In this document: piece after piece, positions 1 through 9,306 of the stretch | Numbering within the stretch: the stretch's first letter is position 1 | How the letters are laid out: every line of letters starts with the position of its first letter | Source of the DNA: a virus | Virus record (IMG/VR): IMGVR_UViG_3300031857_000034 | Coordinates: 63,759 to 127,758 of that record | Reading direction: 5' to 3' (one strand) | Length of the DNA: 64,000 nt | The notes under the pieces: model-generated | The model's database searches: none | Seen by the model: the letters and a program-made list of their open reading frames with translations, nothing else | Told to the model about the DNA's origin: nothing | Position numbers and translations under genes: made by a program

Positions 1-1
1 C

Positions 2-2290
2 GGAAGAGAGATTCTGAGAGATCCCACCTATCGAGAACTCAGCGCCAAGCAAACAGCATTGAACAATCGAGCATTTGAAGCCAAGTCTGGCGAAGGCGGG
101 GAGGTTACCACCACATATGAACCTGGCGTTAGTGAAACTATCAACAGCACTACAGTGACATCCTCTGTTACCAATTCGCAAGTGCCCCAGACAGCACAGA
201 CCAGAATAACCACAGAAGCCGAAGCCACACGCCAACAGGTGGCGGCTCTTGACAGCGGCGACAGCGCGGTAAACACTACCAAGATTGCCGGAGCCGAAGG
301 CAACAATACCTTGGTGCAGACCAACACAGTAGAAGGTGCCGCCACAGCATCTCCACAAGCATCCTTCAACACAGCACAACCTAGGAGTATAGATGCACCA
401 GTAAACACGGCAATAAGTCCTGAATTGACTCGGCCGGCAGATACCAATTCGACGTCACGAGCGTATCAGACGCAGGTAGACGATTACCGAGCGCAGGTCA
501 ATGACTTAAAATCTGACTTGGAGATTCAGCAGACGCAGCTCAAGTCATTGGAAGCGGCCCGTGCTAAGTTGGGTGAGGAACTAAAGTCGGCTGCTCCAGG
601 CAGCCCCGAGCAAGCAGAGATACTGGCTAAACGCAATGCCTTGAACTCAGATATATCCGATCAAGAAAACAAAATTGGCCAGACCAACAGCGTGCTGGCC
701 ATCAAAGAACAAAGTTTGACACAAAGTCAGGATGACTTAGCCAGAGTATCCTCGGGAGGCTCAGCACCTGCACCTGGGGCTCCAGCAGTGACCGGAAACG
801 CAGATCCCGCGGCCAACGCTATTAATCAGCAGGCTGCGGAGATAAACAATGCCACTCCAAATACCACAACAGTAAACCCAGAATTAGATTCTGCATTATC
901 TGCACAGCAATCTGCAACCGACGACGAAATCGATCAGCAACGAGAAAATCAACTGATCACAGTAGACGAAGATGGAAATTTCACAGCAGAGAATCCCTAC
1001 ACAGCTGTACAAGGCGGAGATGATGCTGAATTAACAGATGAACAGATTGATCTGGCGCGAGAAAATCAACTGATTGAGCAAGACGAAGATGGAAATCTAA
1101 CAGCAGAGAATCCTTATGATGTCCAAGGCGGAGATGATGCTCAATTAACAGATGAACAGATTGATCTGGAACGAGAAAATCAACTTATAGTACAAGATGA
1201 GGATGGAAACCTAACAGCAGAGAATCCCTACACAGCCATTGGAGATCGAGAACTCAGCGAAGAAGAACAGCAAGAACAAGACAATCCCATTGATTACAGC
1301 AATGAAGTGGAAGTGGATCCCTACAGCGATGTTGAAGGCGATTACGGCGAACGTGAAGAAGGCACCGGCGACGATGTAGTCGAAGTTGGCCCCGACGGTT
1401 CACTGACTGCTCGTGCCCAGACACAGGCCGAAGTAGAAACACTGCGTCAAGCACAGGCTCTACAACAACTGCGTGCCAAAAACACCAACGAAGATTGGCG
1501 TTTGCGAATTGGCCTAGCACCGGGTGCCAACTATCTGTACCGAGCACCCGATGCCGGCATATTACAACCTTTGAGAGAAACACAAGGTGTGGTGTTTCCA
1601 TATACTCCCACAATATCAACAAGCTATCGCGCCAATTATGATGCTTACGAATTGGTACATACCAACTACAAAGGATATTTCTACAAAAATTCCAGCGTAC
1701 AGGAAATTTCTGTAACTGGTGTGTTCACTGCCAACAGCGCCGCCGAAGCTGATTATATGTTGGCTGTGATACATTTTTTCCGCAGCGCCAGCAAAATGTT
1801 TTACGGACAAGACTCCAATCCCGTGGCAGGCACACCGCCCCCGGTGCTGTATTTGGACGGCCTTGGAGTTTATCAATTCAATGAACATCCTTGTTTGCTC
1901 AGCGCATTCAACTATAGTCTACCTTCGGATGTGGATTATATCCGTGCCGGTGGTGCAAGAAATTATTCAGGCGGTGCTGTAAATTTAGCTGGTATTAGAA
2001 ATCAACAAGGCGCTGCCAGCAACAGTCCTTTGGGTGCCACGCTGTCTAGGCTGACCAGTCTAAAAAATACATTTGATAATTTTATCAATCCTGGTGCTAG
2101 AGCAAATAATCCTGTGTCACAAAACATCACTAATTACTATGGTATCGCAGGTCAGCCCACATATGTGCCTACCAAAATTGACATATCAATCACACTACTA
2201 CCATTGATAAGTCGCCAGCAACAAGCACAGGTCTTTAGCCTTAAAAATTATGCCACCGGGCAAGGCCTGCGTGAACAAGGATTCTTCTAA
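2..2290 (+). CDS. 5'-truncated baseplate/tail-tube-initiator-like protein (low-complexity and coiled-coil N-terminus, tube-like C-terminal domain)
   Basis: The frame is open from position 2, so the true start lies upstream of the window. The C-terminal FPYTPTISTSYRANY...ITGVFTA...PPPVLYLDGLG pattern resembles contractile-tail tube-initiator domains. It lies immediately upstream of the gp53-like gene. Confidence 0.6.
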   Translation, partial: GREILRDPTYRELSAKQTALNNRAFEAKSGEGGEVTTTYEPGVSETINSTTVTSSVTNSQVPQTAQTRITTEAEATRQQVAALDSGDSAVNTTKIAGAEGNNTLVQTNTVEGAATASPQASFNTAQPRSIDAPVNTAISPELTRPADTNSTSRAYQTQVDDYRAQVNDLKSDLEIQQTQLKSLEAARAKLGEELKSAAPGSPEQAEILAKRNALNSDISDQENKIGQTNSVLAIKEQSLTQSQDDLARVSSGGSAPAPGAPAVTGNADPAANAINQQAAEINNATPNTTTVNPELDSALSAQQSATDDEIDQQRENQLITVDEDGNFTAENPYTAVQGGDDAELTDEQIDLARENQLIEQDEDGNLTAENPYDVQGGDDAQLTDEQIDLERENQLIVQDEDGNLTAENPYTAIGDRELSEEEQQEQDNPIDYSNEVEVDPYSDVEGDYGEREEGTGDDVVEVGPDGSLTARAQTQAEVETLRQAQALQQLRAKNTNEDWRLRIGLAPGANYLYRAPDAGILQPLRETQGVVFPYTPTISTSYRANYDAYELVHTNYKGYFYKNSSVQEISVTGVFTANSAAEADYMLAVIHFFRSASKMFYGQDSNPVAGTPPPVLYLDGLGVYQFNEHPCLLSAFNYSLPSDVDYIRAGGARNYSGGAVNLAGIRNQQGAASNSPLGATLSRLTSLKNTFDNFINPGARANNPVSQNITNYYGIAGQPTYVPTKIDISITLLPLISRQQQAQVFSLKNYATGQGLREQGFF
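917..1240 (+). repeat. Three tandem ~114-117 bp coding repeats (TDEQIDLxRENQLIxxDEDGNLTAENPY...QGGDDAxL)
   Basis: Units start at about 917, 1034 and 1148 and are highly similar in both DNA and protein. Confidence 0.9.
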
Positions 2291-2589
2291 TGCCATTATA
2301 TGATGCTACCAGTCCTTATTTCAACACCAACGTGGTAGACAACTACTTGGATGTCATGATCAATCGTCCTATACCAAAAAGCGTAGACGACGAATACGTT
2401 ACCATTTCTGCTGTGTACAACCTACGCCCTGACATGATGGCCTATGACCTGTATGGTGATGCTAGATTATGGTGGGTGTTTGCACAGCGCAATCCCAATA
2501 CTTTGGTAGATCCCATCAATGACTTTGTCACAGGCCAAAAGATATATTTGCCATCCGGAGACAATGTTCGCGCAGCACTGGGGCTCTAA
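2290..2589 (+). CDS. Baseplate wedge protein, gp53/LysM-like
   Basis: 99 aa with RPDMMAYDLYGDARLWWVFAQRN, typical of the gp53/tail-X LysM-like family. TAATG coupling to the upstream gene. Confidence 0.8.
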   Translation: MPLYDATSPYFNTNVVDNYLDVMINRPIPKSVDDEYVTISAVYNLRPDMMAYDLYGDARLWWVFAQRNPNTLVDPINDFVTGQKIYLPSGDNVRAALGL

Positions 2590-2592
2590 CTC

Positions 2593-5500
2593 ATGGCCAC
2601 AGTCACGCTAGACACTTTGGTTTTACAGTGGGAAGCCCTGAAGGCGGAATTTAACCGCAAGTGGGCTCCTGAAATTAGAGCTATCCAAACAGCCACGGAA
2701 CAAGGTGAAACTTACGATCAAGTGTATTCCAGATACCAAGCAGCCAGCGATGCAGTGCTGACTGCATTTGCTGAATTGGCAGCCATTAGAAATTCCGCTG
2801 ACAGCATATTCAGTGAGTTTGGTGTGCCTGCTTTTATCGCCAAAACTGAAATTACTAACCAAGGTCTGACAACGTTTCAAAACAACCTGGCTATTTCACT
2901 GGGACGAGCACAGCGTAATCAAGCCACTGCCACCTCCACCAGTCAAGCAGCGTCGGGCGGCACAGCATCTACGCCACAGACACTGGGTGCAGCCAGCGCA
3001 GTGGATCCTGCCAATGCCAACACAGCCGCCGGCGGTCAACCTTCTCCGGGCATACCGTTGGGTACACCTGCAGCCACAGTTACTGCCATACCAGGCACAG
3101 CCAGCGGCATTGCTGCCGGGGCCAGCGGAGCCATAGCACTGCCTTCCAACTTTGGTACTACGGCAGGATTTCCGCAGACTGCTTTCAGCCGAGAAGACGC
3201 CGGTCCAACTGTATCCCAGACCATACGTGCGTCTTCGTCGTCGTCCCCGTCTAGTAACAGCAATAGTTTAGGCATAGGGTCAGGACCAGTGACCAATCCC
3301 TTGGACAAATATGCCAGTTACACCTACAATCTCAGTTTGTATCTGCTGACTCCTGAAGACTACAATAAATTTGTGGAGTCTGATACCACCAGCGAAACTA
3401 TCAATTTGCCAGGTGATCAACTGTTGATACGATCTGGTGGCAGCCCAGTGGGAGCAGGCAAACGCAACTCTTATTTCAGCGACTGCGATTTTACACTTGA
3501 CAATCTACGCATTGAAAGCGTGATAGGATTCAGTGAACAAGGCGTGCCTTCTTCCACAGGGAGGCTAAGTTTTACCATCACGGAACCAGCAGGCGCAACA
3601 TTTATCTATAGATTACAAAGTGCCACAGCAACATTGGCCAACAAAGATCCCAACAGTGCTAGACAATACTATGCCCATACCTATGCAATGGTCATACGAT
3701 TTTATGGCTATGACAACAATGGTCAGCCGATTACTCCCAAAGGAGATATCAATCAACTGGATCTAGCCGGCAGCAGCGAGTCTGCGGTTCTTACCAAGAT
3801 ATTTTTGTTCATGTTGTCAGATGTCAAGACACGCATCGGCACACGTATAGTAGAGTATCAATGCTCGGGCATATTTGGTCCCAGCTTTGTGGCTAGAACA
3901 GCCATGTTAGGTGTTAGTCCTGCTAGATTTGAATTGACTGGTACCAATCTCAATGATATCTTTAATGGCGTGCCTGGTACCAGTAACAATGCCAACAACC
4001 AAGATGCCAATCCCAGGGCCGAAACCAGCGACGCCGATGCGCAAGAAGGGGGATTCTACGGAGATGCCAGCAAAGTCTCGGCACAGCCCAGCCAAAACAT
4101 TCCCACACGCGGCCTTTGCCAGGCTATCAATCAAGAATTACAAAGATTATCTCGGCCGCAAAAGCAAGGCACCAAGGCCATTGACATACCCGACGAGTAT
4201 GAAGTGTTATTTGCCAGCGACAATCTACGCAACGCTAAAATTATCACAGCAGGACTAGACAACAGCCTGGTCAGTGCTGCCGGCGATGTGCCCACGGATA
4301 CCAAATCAATCAACACAAGAGAAAACACAGCGGTGCCTAAAAATGCCAAGAATGTGAGGATACTGCCGGGCACGCCAATCATCCAGTGGTTGGATATGAT
4401 GATACGCAACAGCGAATATGTGAAATCTCAGGCATCGCTGGCTATCAAGGAAAGATCAACAGATGCCGACGCCCAAGGCGAAGAAGACTTCTATGGCAAA
4501 AAAGTAGAACAAACCAAACCAGTGAAATGGTACAAGATCACCCCATTCAACAAGATCTTGGGCTACGATAAACTTCGCAAAACCTATGCCAACAAGGTTA
4601 TTTTTGCCATCAGCGAGTACAGTGTCACTGACGTGCGCAGTCCTTATTTCAAACGAGCCCCTTGGCGAGGTCCTGACAAACTCTACAATTTTACCTTCAC
4701 TGGTCAAAACACAGCAGTGCTAAACTACGAACAAGATTTTAACGCACTGTATAGACAGACCTTTGGCATTGGCGCACAGTTGGCCCAAGATGCTGGCAAG
4801 GAAGCCGCAGCCGCCGCAGGCCAAGTGGGCACCAGTTATGCCTTTCGAGTGGTAGCCGAAACAGGCAAACAAGGCAGTCTGGGTGACAGCACAGACCCGG
4901 CTGCTCGTGCTGCCGCTGGTATTTACAGTTTCACAGATTTGGCCAAGGCCAAGTTAAAAATTATTGGTGATCCTGATCTGTTGTTGCAGGACTGGTACAA
5001 TGTGAATCAAGCCTTGATCAATCGACAAAATCTCACACAAGCAGCTGGCGGCAATGATTCCAACATACTCAACAGCAATCTTGGCGAATTGTATTTCCAG
5101 GTGACTTTTCTCACCGGCGACGACTGGAATCTCGCTGATGGCATAGTCAAAGTAGAACCACGCCAAGGGTTTGTGCGCCGCCAAAGCAATGCCTACAAAT
5201 TTACCAAGATCAACAGTGAATTTCAAAACGGCAGATTTACACAGGACATAGAAGGCATAATCCTAGCCGATGTGAATCCTGATCAAGCCTTTGTCAAAGG
5301 AGACTATACCAGCGGTGCTGCTGGCCAAATAGCCACAGGCACTCCAGTTGACACAGTTACCGACACTGACTCAGTTACTGCTAGACAAGAGACCACCGAA
5401 GCCAGCACAGGTGCGTTTGATACCGACGGCTCCAATGATCTACGCACACAAGAAGGTGGTCCCACTACTGTGCCGCAAAGTCCCACCAGCGCATTGCCGG

Positions 5501-5655
5501 CAACTGCGCCACCAACTTTTGCCCAGCGCCAGGCAGCAGCAGCAGAAGCGATACGGCAAGCTCGCCGCGATCAATTCAGAAGGAAATTGTTGCCAAATCA
5601 AGCACAGACCGGCAACGACGATGCACCTGGCATTTCAGATATCATAGCACCATAA
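2593..5655 (+). CDS. Putative baseplate hub protein
   Basis: 1020 aa between the gp53-like and gp5-like genes. Contains NPLDKYASYTYNLSL and LKIIGDP segments seen in hub-type proteins, with low-complexity termini. Confidence 0.55.
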   Translation: MATVTLDTLVLQWEALKAEFNRKWAPEIRAIQTATEQGETYDQVYSRYQAASDAVLTAFAELAAIRNSADSIFSEFGVPAFIAKTEITNQGLTTFQNNLAISLGRAQRNQATATSTSQAASGGTASTPQTLGAASAVDPANANTAAGGQPSPGIPLGTPAATVTAIPGTASGIAAGASGAIALPSNFGTTAGFPQTAFSREDAGPTVSQTIRASSSSSPSSNSNSLGIGSGPVTNPLDKYASYTYNLSLYLLTPEDYNKFVESDTTSETINLPGDQLLIRSGGSPVGAGKRNSYFSDCDFTLDNLRIESVIGFSEQGVPSSTGRLSFTITEPAGATFIYRLQSATATLANKDPNSARQYYAHTYAMVIRFYGYDNNGQPITPKGDINQLDLAGSSESAVLTKIFLFMLSDVKTRIGTRIVEYQCSGIFGPSFVARTAMLGVSPARFELTGTNLNDIFNGVPGTSNNANNQDANPRAETSDADAQEGGFYGDASKVSAQPSQNIPTRGLCQAINQELQRLSRPQKQGTKAIDIPDEYEVLFASDNLRNAKIITAGLDNSLVSAAGDVPTDTKSINTRENTAVPKNAKNVRILPGTPIIQWLDMMIRNSEYVKSQASLAIKERSTDADAQGEEDFYGKKVEQTKPVKWYKITPFNKILGYDKLRKTYANKVIFAISEYSVTDVRSPYFKRAPWRGPDKLYNFTFTGQNTAVLNYEQDFNALYRQTFGIGAQLAQDAGKEAAAAAGQVGTSYAFRVVAETGKQGSLGDSTDPAARAAAGIYSFTDLAKAKLKIIGDPDLLLQDWYNVNQALINRQNLTQAAGGNDSNILNSNLGELYFQVTFLTGDDWNLADGIVKVEPRQGFVRRQSNAYKFTKINSEFQNGRFTQDIEGIILADVNPDQAFVKGDYTSGAAGQIATGTPVDTVTDTDSVTARQETTEASTGAFDTDGSNDLRTQEGGPTTVPQSPTSALPATAPPTFAQRQAAAAEAIRQARRDQFRRKLLPNQAQTGNDDAPGISDIIAP

Positions 5656-5671
5656 GAGGAAATAATTACAC

Positions 5672-7120
5672 ATGGCCGATAACATAGAAATCAACCGCGG
5701 ACAAGCCAAGGATCTAACCTTTGGACGCGGCCGTACTCCGGTAGATCCAGGGCCCTACATTGGTATAGTCAAAGACAGCACAGACGTGACACTGTCGGGT
5801 AGACTGCGTGTGTACATTCCCGAGATGCCGGGATCTTCGGCCAACGATTCCAGCACTTGGCACACAGTGAGTTATATGAGTCCGTTTTATGGAGTTACAC
5901 CCAACACCGGTGCATCGTCTGGTGCAGGCGATTTCATTGGCGGCAGACAAAGTTATGGATTTTGGGCTACTCCTCCAGATGTAGGCACCAGGGTCATGGT
6001 GATATTTGTGTATGGCGATCCCAATCAAGGATTTTACATTGGCTGTGTGCCCGAACCAGCACTGACACACATGATTCCTGCCATTGGTGCTGCTGCCGAT
6101 CCCAATGAACCAGGAGACAGCAACGATTATTATGCTGTGGAAGGCACGCCTGATGGTTTTGCTGGCAAACCTTTGCTGCCTACTATCGAAATCAATACCA
6201 AAGATCCTACAATATTATCTGACCCCAAGTATTACACCAAACCCAAAGCAGTGCATGTCTATCAGGCTGCACAGATGCTACAACAAGGTATCATCGACGA
6301 TCCACAGCGTGGGCCCATAACCACCAACAGCCAACGCGAATCACCTAGTCGTGTGTTTGGTATTTCAACACCGGGGCAGCCTGTGTACAAGGGCAAATTC
6401 GCCAACGATGAAATACAGTCTGACATTGATTCAGGCGACGTGGCACCCTCTGAGTTAGAAGTCATTGCACGTACAGGCGGTCATACCTTGGCCATGGACG
6501 ACGGTGATCTATCCGGCAACAACAAACTGTTCAGACTTCGCAGTTGTCAAGGGCATCAGATTCTGATGAATGATTCAGATAGTTTTTTACACATCATCAG
6601 CAAGCGCGGCGATGTCTGGATCGAACTCAATAGAGAAGGTGCCTTGGACATCTATGCGGAAAACAGCATTAACTTGCGCACAGCCGGCACGCTGAATCTG
6701 CACGCGGACAAAGACATCAACATCAATGCCGAGGGTCAGATCCGTATGCGCAGCAAAGGCGCCATGAATCTGGAAACACAGGATGTGTTTAATCTACGTG
6801 CCGATAAAAATATCAATGTTTACACACAGGCCACATTCGAAGTCAAGGCCGATGGTACCCTGTTGTTGGAAGCCGGCGGCAAGGGTTCCTGGAAGTGCGG
6901 TGCAGAACTGCGCATGGACGCCAGTTTGATAGGCCTTAATTCCGGAGGTTCGGAAACAGTACCAGTGGTTCCAGAGTTGGTGAAAAACAGCCTGCCCGAC
7001 ACAGAGTTTGAAGGCAGCAATTGGATCATACAAAAAGACGTGATCCAAACAGTGGCCACTCGTGCGCCCACTCACGAACCATATCCCATGCACAACTATG
7101 GAGTAGACACCAGTGAATAA
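5672..7120 (+). CDS. Baseplate spike/hub protein, gp5/VgrG-like (OB fold plus beta-helix)
   Basis: N-terminal GRLRVYIP...PPDVGTRVMVIF...GDPNQGFYIG OB-fold signature, followed by RTGGHTLAMDD and beta-helix repeats (INLRTAGTLNLHADKDININAEG). Confidence 0.8.
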   Translation: MADNIEINRGQAKDLTFGRGRTPVDPGPYIGIVKDSTDVTLSGRLRVYIPEMPGSSANDSSTWHTVSYMSPFYGVTPNTGASSGAGDFIGGRQSYGFWATPPDVGTRVMVIFVYGDPNQGFYIGCVPEPALTHMIPAIGAAADPNEPGDSNDYYAVEGTPDGFAGKPLLPTIEINTKDPTILSDPKYYTKPKAVHVYQAAQMLQQGIIDDPQRGPITTNSQRESPSRVFGISTPGQPVYKGKFANDEIQSDIDSGDVAPSELEVIARTGGHTLAMDDGDLSGNNKLFRLRSCQGHQILMNDSDSFLHIISKRGDVWIELNREGALDIYAENSINLRTAGTLNLHADKDININAEGQIRMRSKGAMNLETQDVFNLRADKNINVYTQATFEVKADGTLLLEAGGKGSWKCGAELRMDASLIGLNSGGSETVPVVPELVKNSLPDTEFEGSNWIIQKDVIQTVATRAPTHEPYPMHNYGVDTSE

Positions 7121-7706
7121 TCTCACTGAATTGGCAGCTCAATTAAATCTTGGCGTCAAAACAGTCATAGTACAGACTGTGGATGTGTCAGATGTGCCAT
7201 TGCCGCCAAGGCTGTTGGGCACATTGACACCTGCGGTACAACAAATAATGATGGCACAAAGAATCAGAACAGTAGAACAACCTTCTGCTGCCTGGAGCAC
7301 GGATCGTGGCATAGGCATCCTGGGATTGAATCTGCTGCAGATCTACGATCTTGGCCTGATCAAACCACAGTTGTTTGATCAATTCGTCACAGGCAATACC
7401 AATCTAGACAGTGTGGGACTGGTTCCACCCAGTTTGAATTTCAATGAATCCCAGGTGTATGACGCGCTTAACTTACGCACCGCCTGGACCGGACAATACA
7501 ATGTGAACAGCATCGAGGATATTTTGTCCAGACCAACTTTACAATATATTCTACAACAAGACAGTTATATTTTGAGTTATAACGCTTTGATCAGTGGCAA
7601 TATAATCAACGGCACCGAAGACATCGAAGTCTTGGCCATGACCGTGGGGCTGACCAGCATCTATGGTTTTGCCGCAGTGGTTCAATTTTTAGGAAATCAA
7701 CTGTAA
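7113..7706 (+). CDS. Hypothetical baseplate-associated protein, possibly a degenerate lysozyme-like domain
   Basis: 197 aa overlapping the gp5-like stop. Contains DLGLIKP...WTGQYNVNSIEDIL. Confidence 0.45.
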   Translation: MNNLTELAAQLNLGVKTVIVQTVDVSDVPLPPRLLGTLTPAVQQIMMAQRIRTVEQPSAAWSTDRGIGILGLNLLQIYDLGLIKPQLFDQFVTGNTNLDSVGLVPPSLNFNESQVYDALNLRTAWTGQYNVNSIEDILSRPTLQYILQQDSYILSYNALISGNIINGTEDIEVLAMTVGLTSIYGFAAVVQFLGNQL

Positions 7707-8875
7707 TGGCTGCTCCTGTAACCATACCTACCAGCATAGGCCAGACCGTGGGCGCTGTGCAGAACATAGCCAGTTCGGTCACTGCTGCTGGCATCAACAT
7801 CAACGGTTTATCTAGCATGACCCAGGCTGCTACCAATCTCACAGCAGCTGGGGCCAACTTGTTGAAATTGAATCAGCAGGCCACCAGTGCTGTGCAAGGC
7901 CTCTTGCCCAACAGCACACTGACCGTGGATGCGGCCTTGAGCAAGGCAAAAGTTGGTTTAGAAAGCACTTTTTCTGCACAGGGAGCTGCGGCCACTGCCA
8001 CTGATTTCTTCAAAGCAGCCAAGCAAACAGCAGACAAGATAGCCAGCGATGTCAAGGCCGTGGCAGATAAAATCGCATCAGGTGTGGATCCCACATCCTT
8101 GGCCAAGTCGGCCACTTCGGGATTGTCCAGTCTGACCAATGTGGTGGGATCTGTGACATCATCCGTGACTTCGGCTGTGTCATCAGCGGCCAAAACAGTG
8201 AGCAGTTACATACCCGGTGCTGGCGCTGCTCTGGCGCAGACTGGCTCTATCAATACCAACGCCGCAGCGGCTGTTACCAACACTATAAATTCACTGCAGC
8301 AGGCAGGAGCCACTGTGGGAGTCAACACCGCACAGATAGCTGCTGCCAATCAGCAGCTGACTGGTGCTGTGAGCAGTCTCAGCCAGGCACTGAAAATATC
8401 AGCACCAGGTGTAGCCTTGCCCGGTGGGCTACCAGCCATACCCAGCATACCTGCCATACCAGGACTGCCAGGCGGCATACCTGCCATAGATCCTGCAAAA
8501 TTAAAAGCAGCCACGGCTGCCATAGAAGCAGCACAAAATCCGCCCAATCCCTTGGCCACTGCTGGTACCAAAATTGGCGCTATCGATCGTTCAAAATTAG
8601 ATAGTGCATTTTTATCAGCACTGCCGCCGGGACTGCCCAGTTTTGATCCTGGTACTATATCTGCAGCACAGCAGGCCGGTGCATCTATCAATGCTGCTAG
8701 ATTCAAAAACACCAAAGACGAGGATCTGACCTATTCAGGACCTGACACGCAGGTCTGGGACGACATCAACAATGAGCGATTAAAACGCGGCCTCAGCGGC
8801 TTGCCCAATCCCAGACCTGCTGAAGACAGCGAATATGCTAAAAAATACAGCAATCCTGCTTATTCGGGCGGTTAA
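7706..8875 (+). CDS. Ala/Ser/Thr-rich structural protein with a Pro-rich linker
   Basis: 389 aa, TAATG-coupled, inside the baseplate operon. Confidence 0.55.
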   Translation: MAAPVTIPTSIGQTVGAVQNIASSVTAAGININGLSSMTQAATNLTAAGANLLKLNQQATSAVQGLLPNSTLTVDAALSKAKVGLESTFSAQGAAATATDFFKAAKQTADKIASDVKAVADKIASGVDPTSLAKSATSGLSSLTNVVGSVTSSVTSAVSSAAKTVSSYIPGAGAALAQTGSINTNAAAAVTNTINSLQQAGATVGVNTAQIAAANQQLTGAVSSLSQALKISAPGVALPGGLPAIPSIPAIPGLPGGIPAIDPAKLKAATAAIEAAQNPPNPLATAGTKIGAIDRSKLDSAFLSALPPGLPSFDPGTISAAQQAGASINAARFKNTKDEDLTYSGPDTQVWDDINNERLKRGLSGLPNPRPAEDSEYAKKYSNPAYSGG

Positions 8876-8885
8876 ATACTAGACC

Positions 8886-9260
8886 ATGGCAACATTCATC
8901 GGATACAACACACAGCAGGCATACAAAAAATTTACCTTGGTTGATCAGCAGTTGGTGATCAGGGATTTGTTGAATGCTTTCAACATCAAGCAAGGCGAAC
9001 TGCCAGGACGCCCTCAATATGGGTCGCCTATCTGGGCCATGATTTTTGAGCAAATGACCCCGGACGTGCAGCAAAACATACGCCAGAGTTGCATAGATAT
9101 CATCAAACAAGACCCTAGACTGAGCCTGCAGACCATCAACGTGTTTCCTTTTGACAATGGTATGCTCATGGAAATTGAAGTACAGTTCCTTCCCAACACT
9201 GATGTAGAGTTGCTGCAGGTATTTTTTGACGGCAACACAGGCGTGGCTGGGCAGGTATAA
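8886..9260 (+). CDS. Baseplate wedge subunit, gp25/GPW-like
   Basis: DLLNAFNIKQGELPGRPQYGSPIWAMIFE...DPRL is the gp25 family pattern. Confidence 0.88.
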   Translation: MATFIGYNTQQAYKKFTLVDQQLVIRDLLNAFNIKQGELPGRPQYGSPIWAMIFEQMTPDVQQNIRQSCIDIIKQDPRLSLQTINVFPFDNGMLMEIEVQFLPNTDVELLQVFFDGNTGVAGQV

Positions 9261-9306
9261 AACCCCTGTTTTTTTGTCAGATAAATATTAAAACACAACT
9301 ATAACT

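Noticed and set aside
917-1240. Possible CRISPR-like array
   Set aside because: These are in-frame degenerate coding repeats with no unique spacers, and no cas genes are present.
9251-9276. Possible intrinsic terminator after the gp25-like gene (GCAGG...CCTGT followed by a T-run)
   Set aside because: The stem is only 4-5 bp with a long loop, too weak to call.
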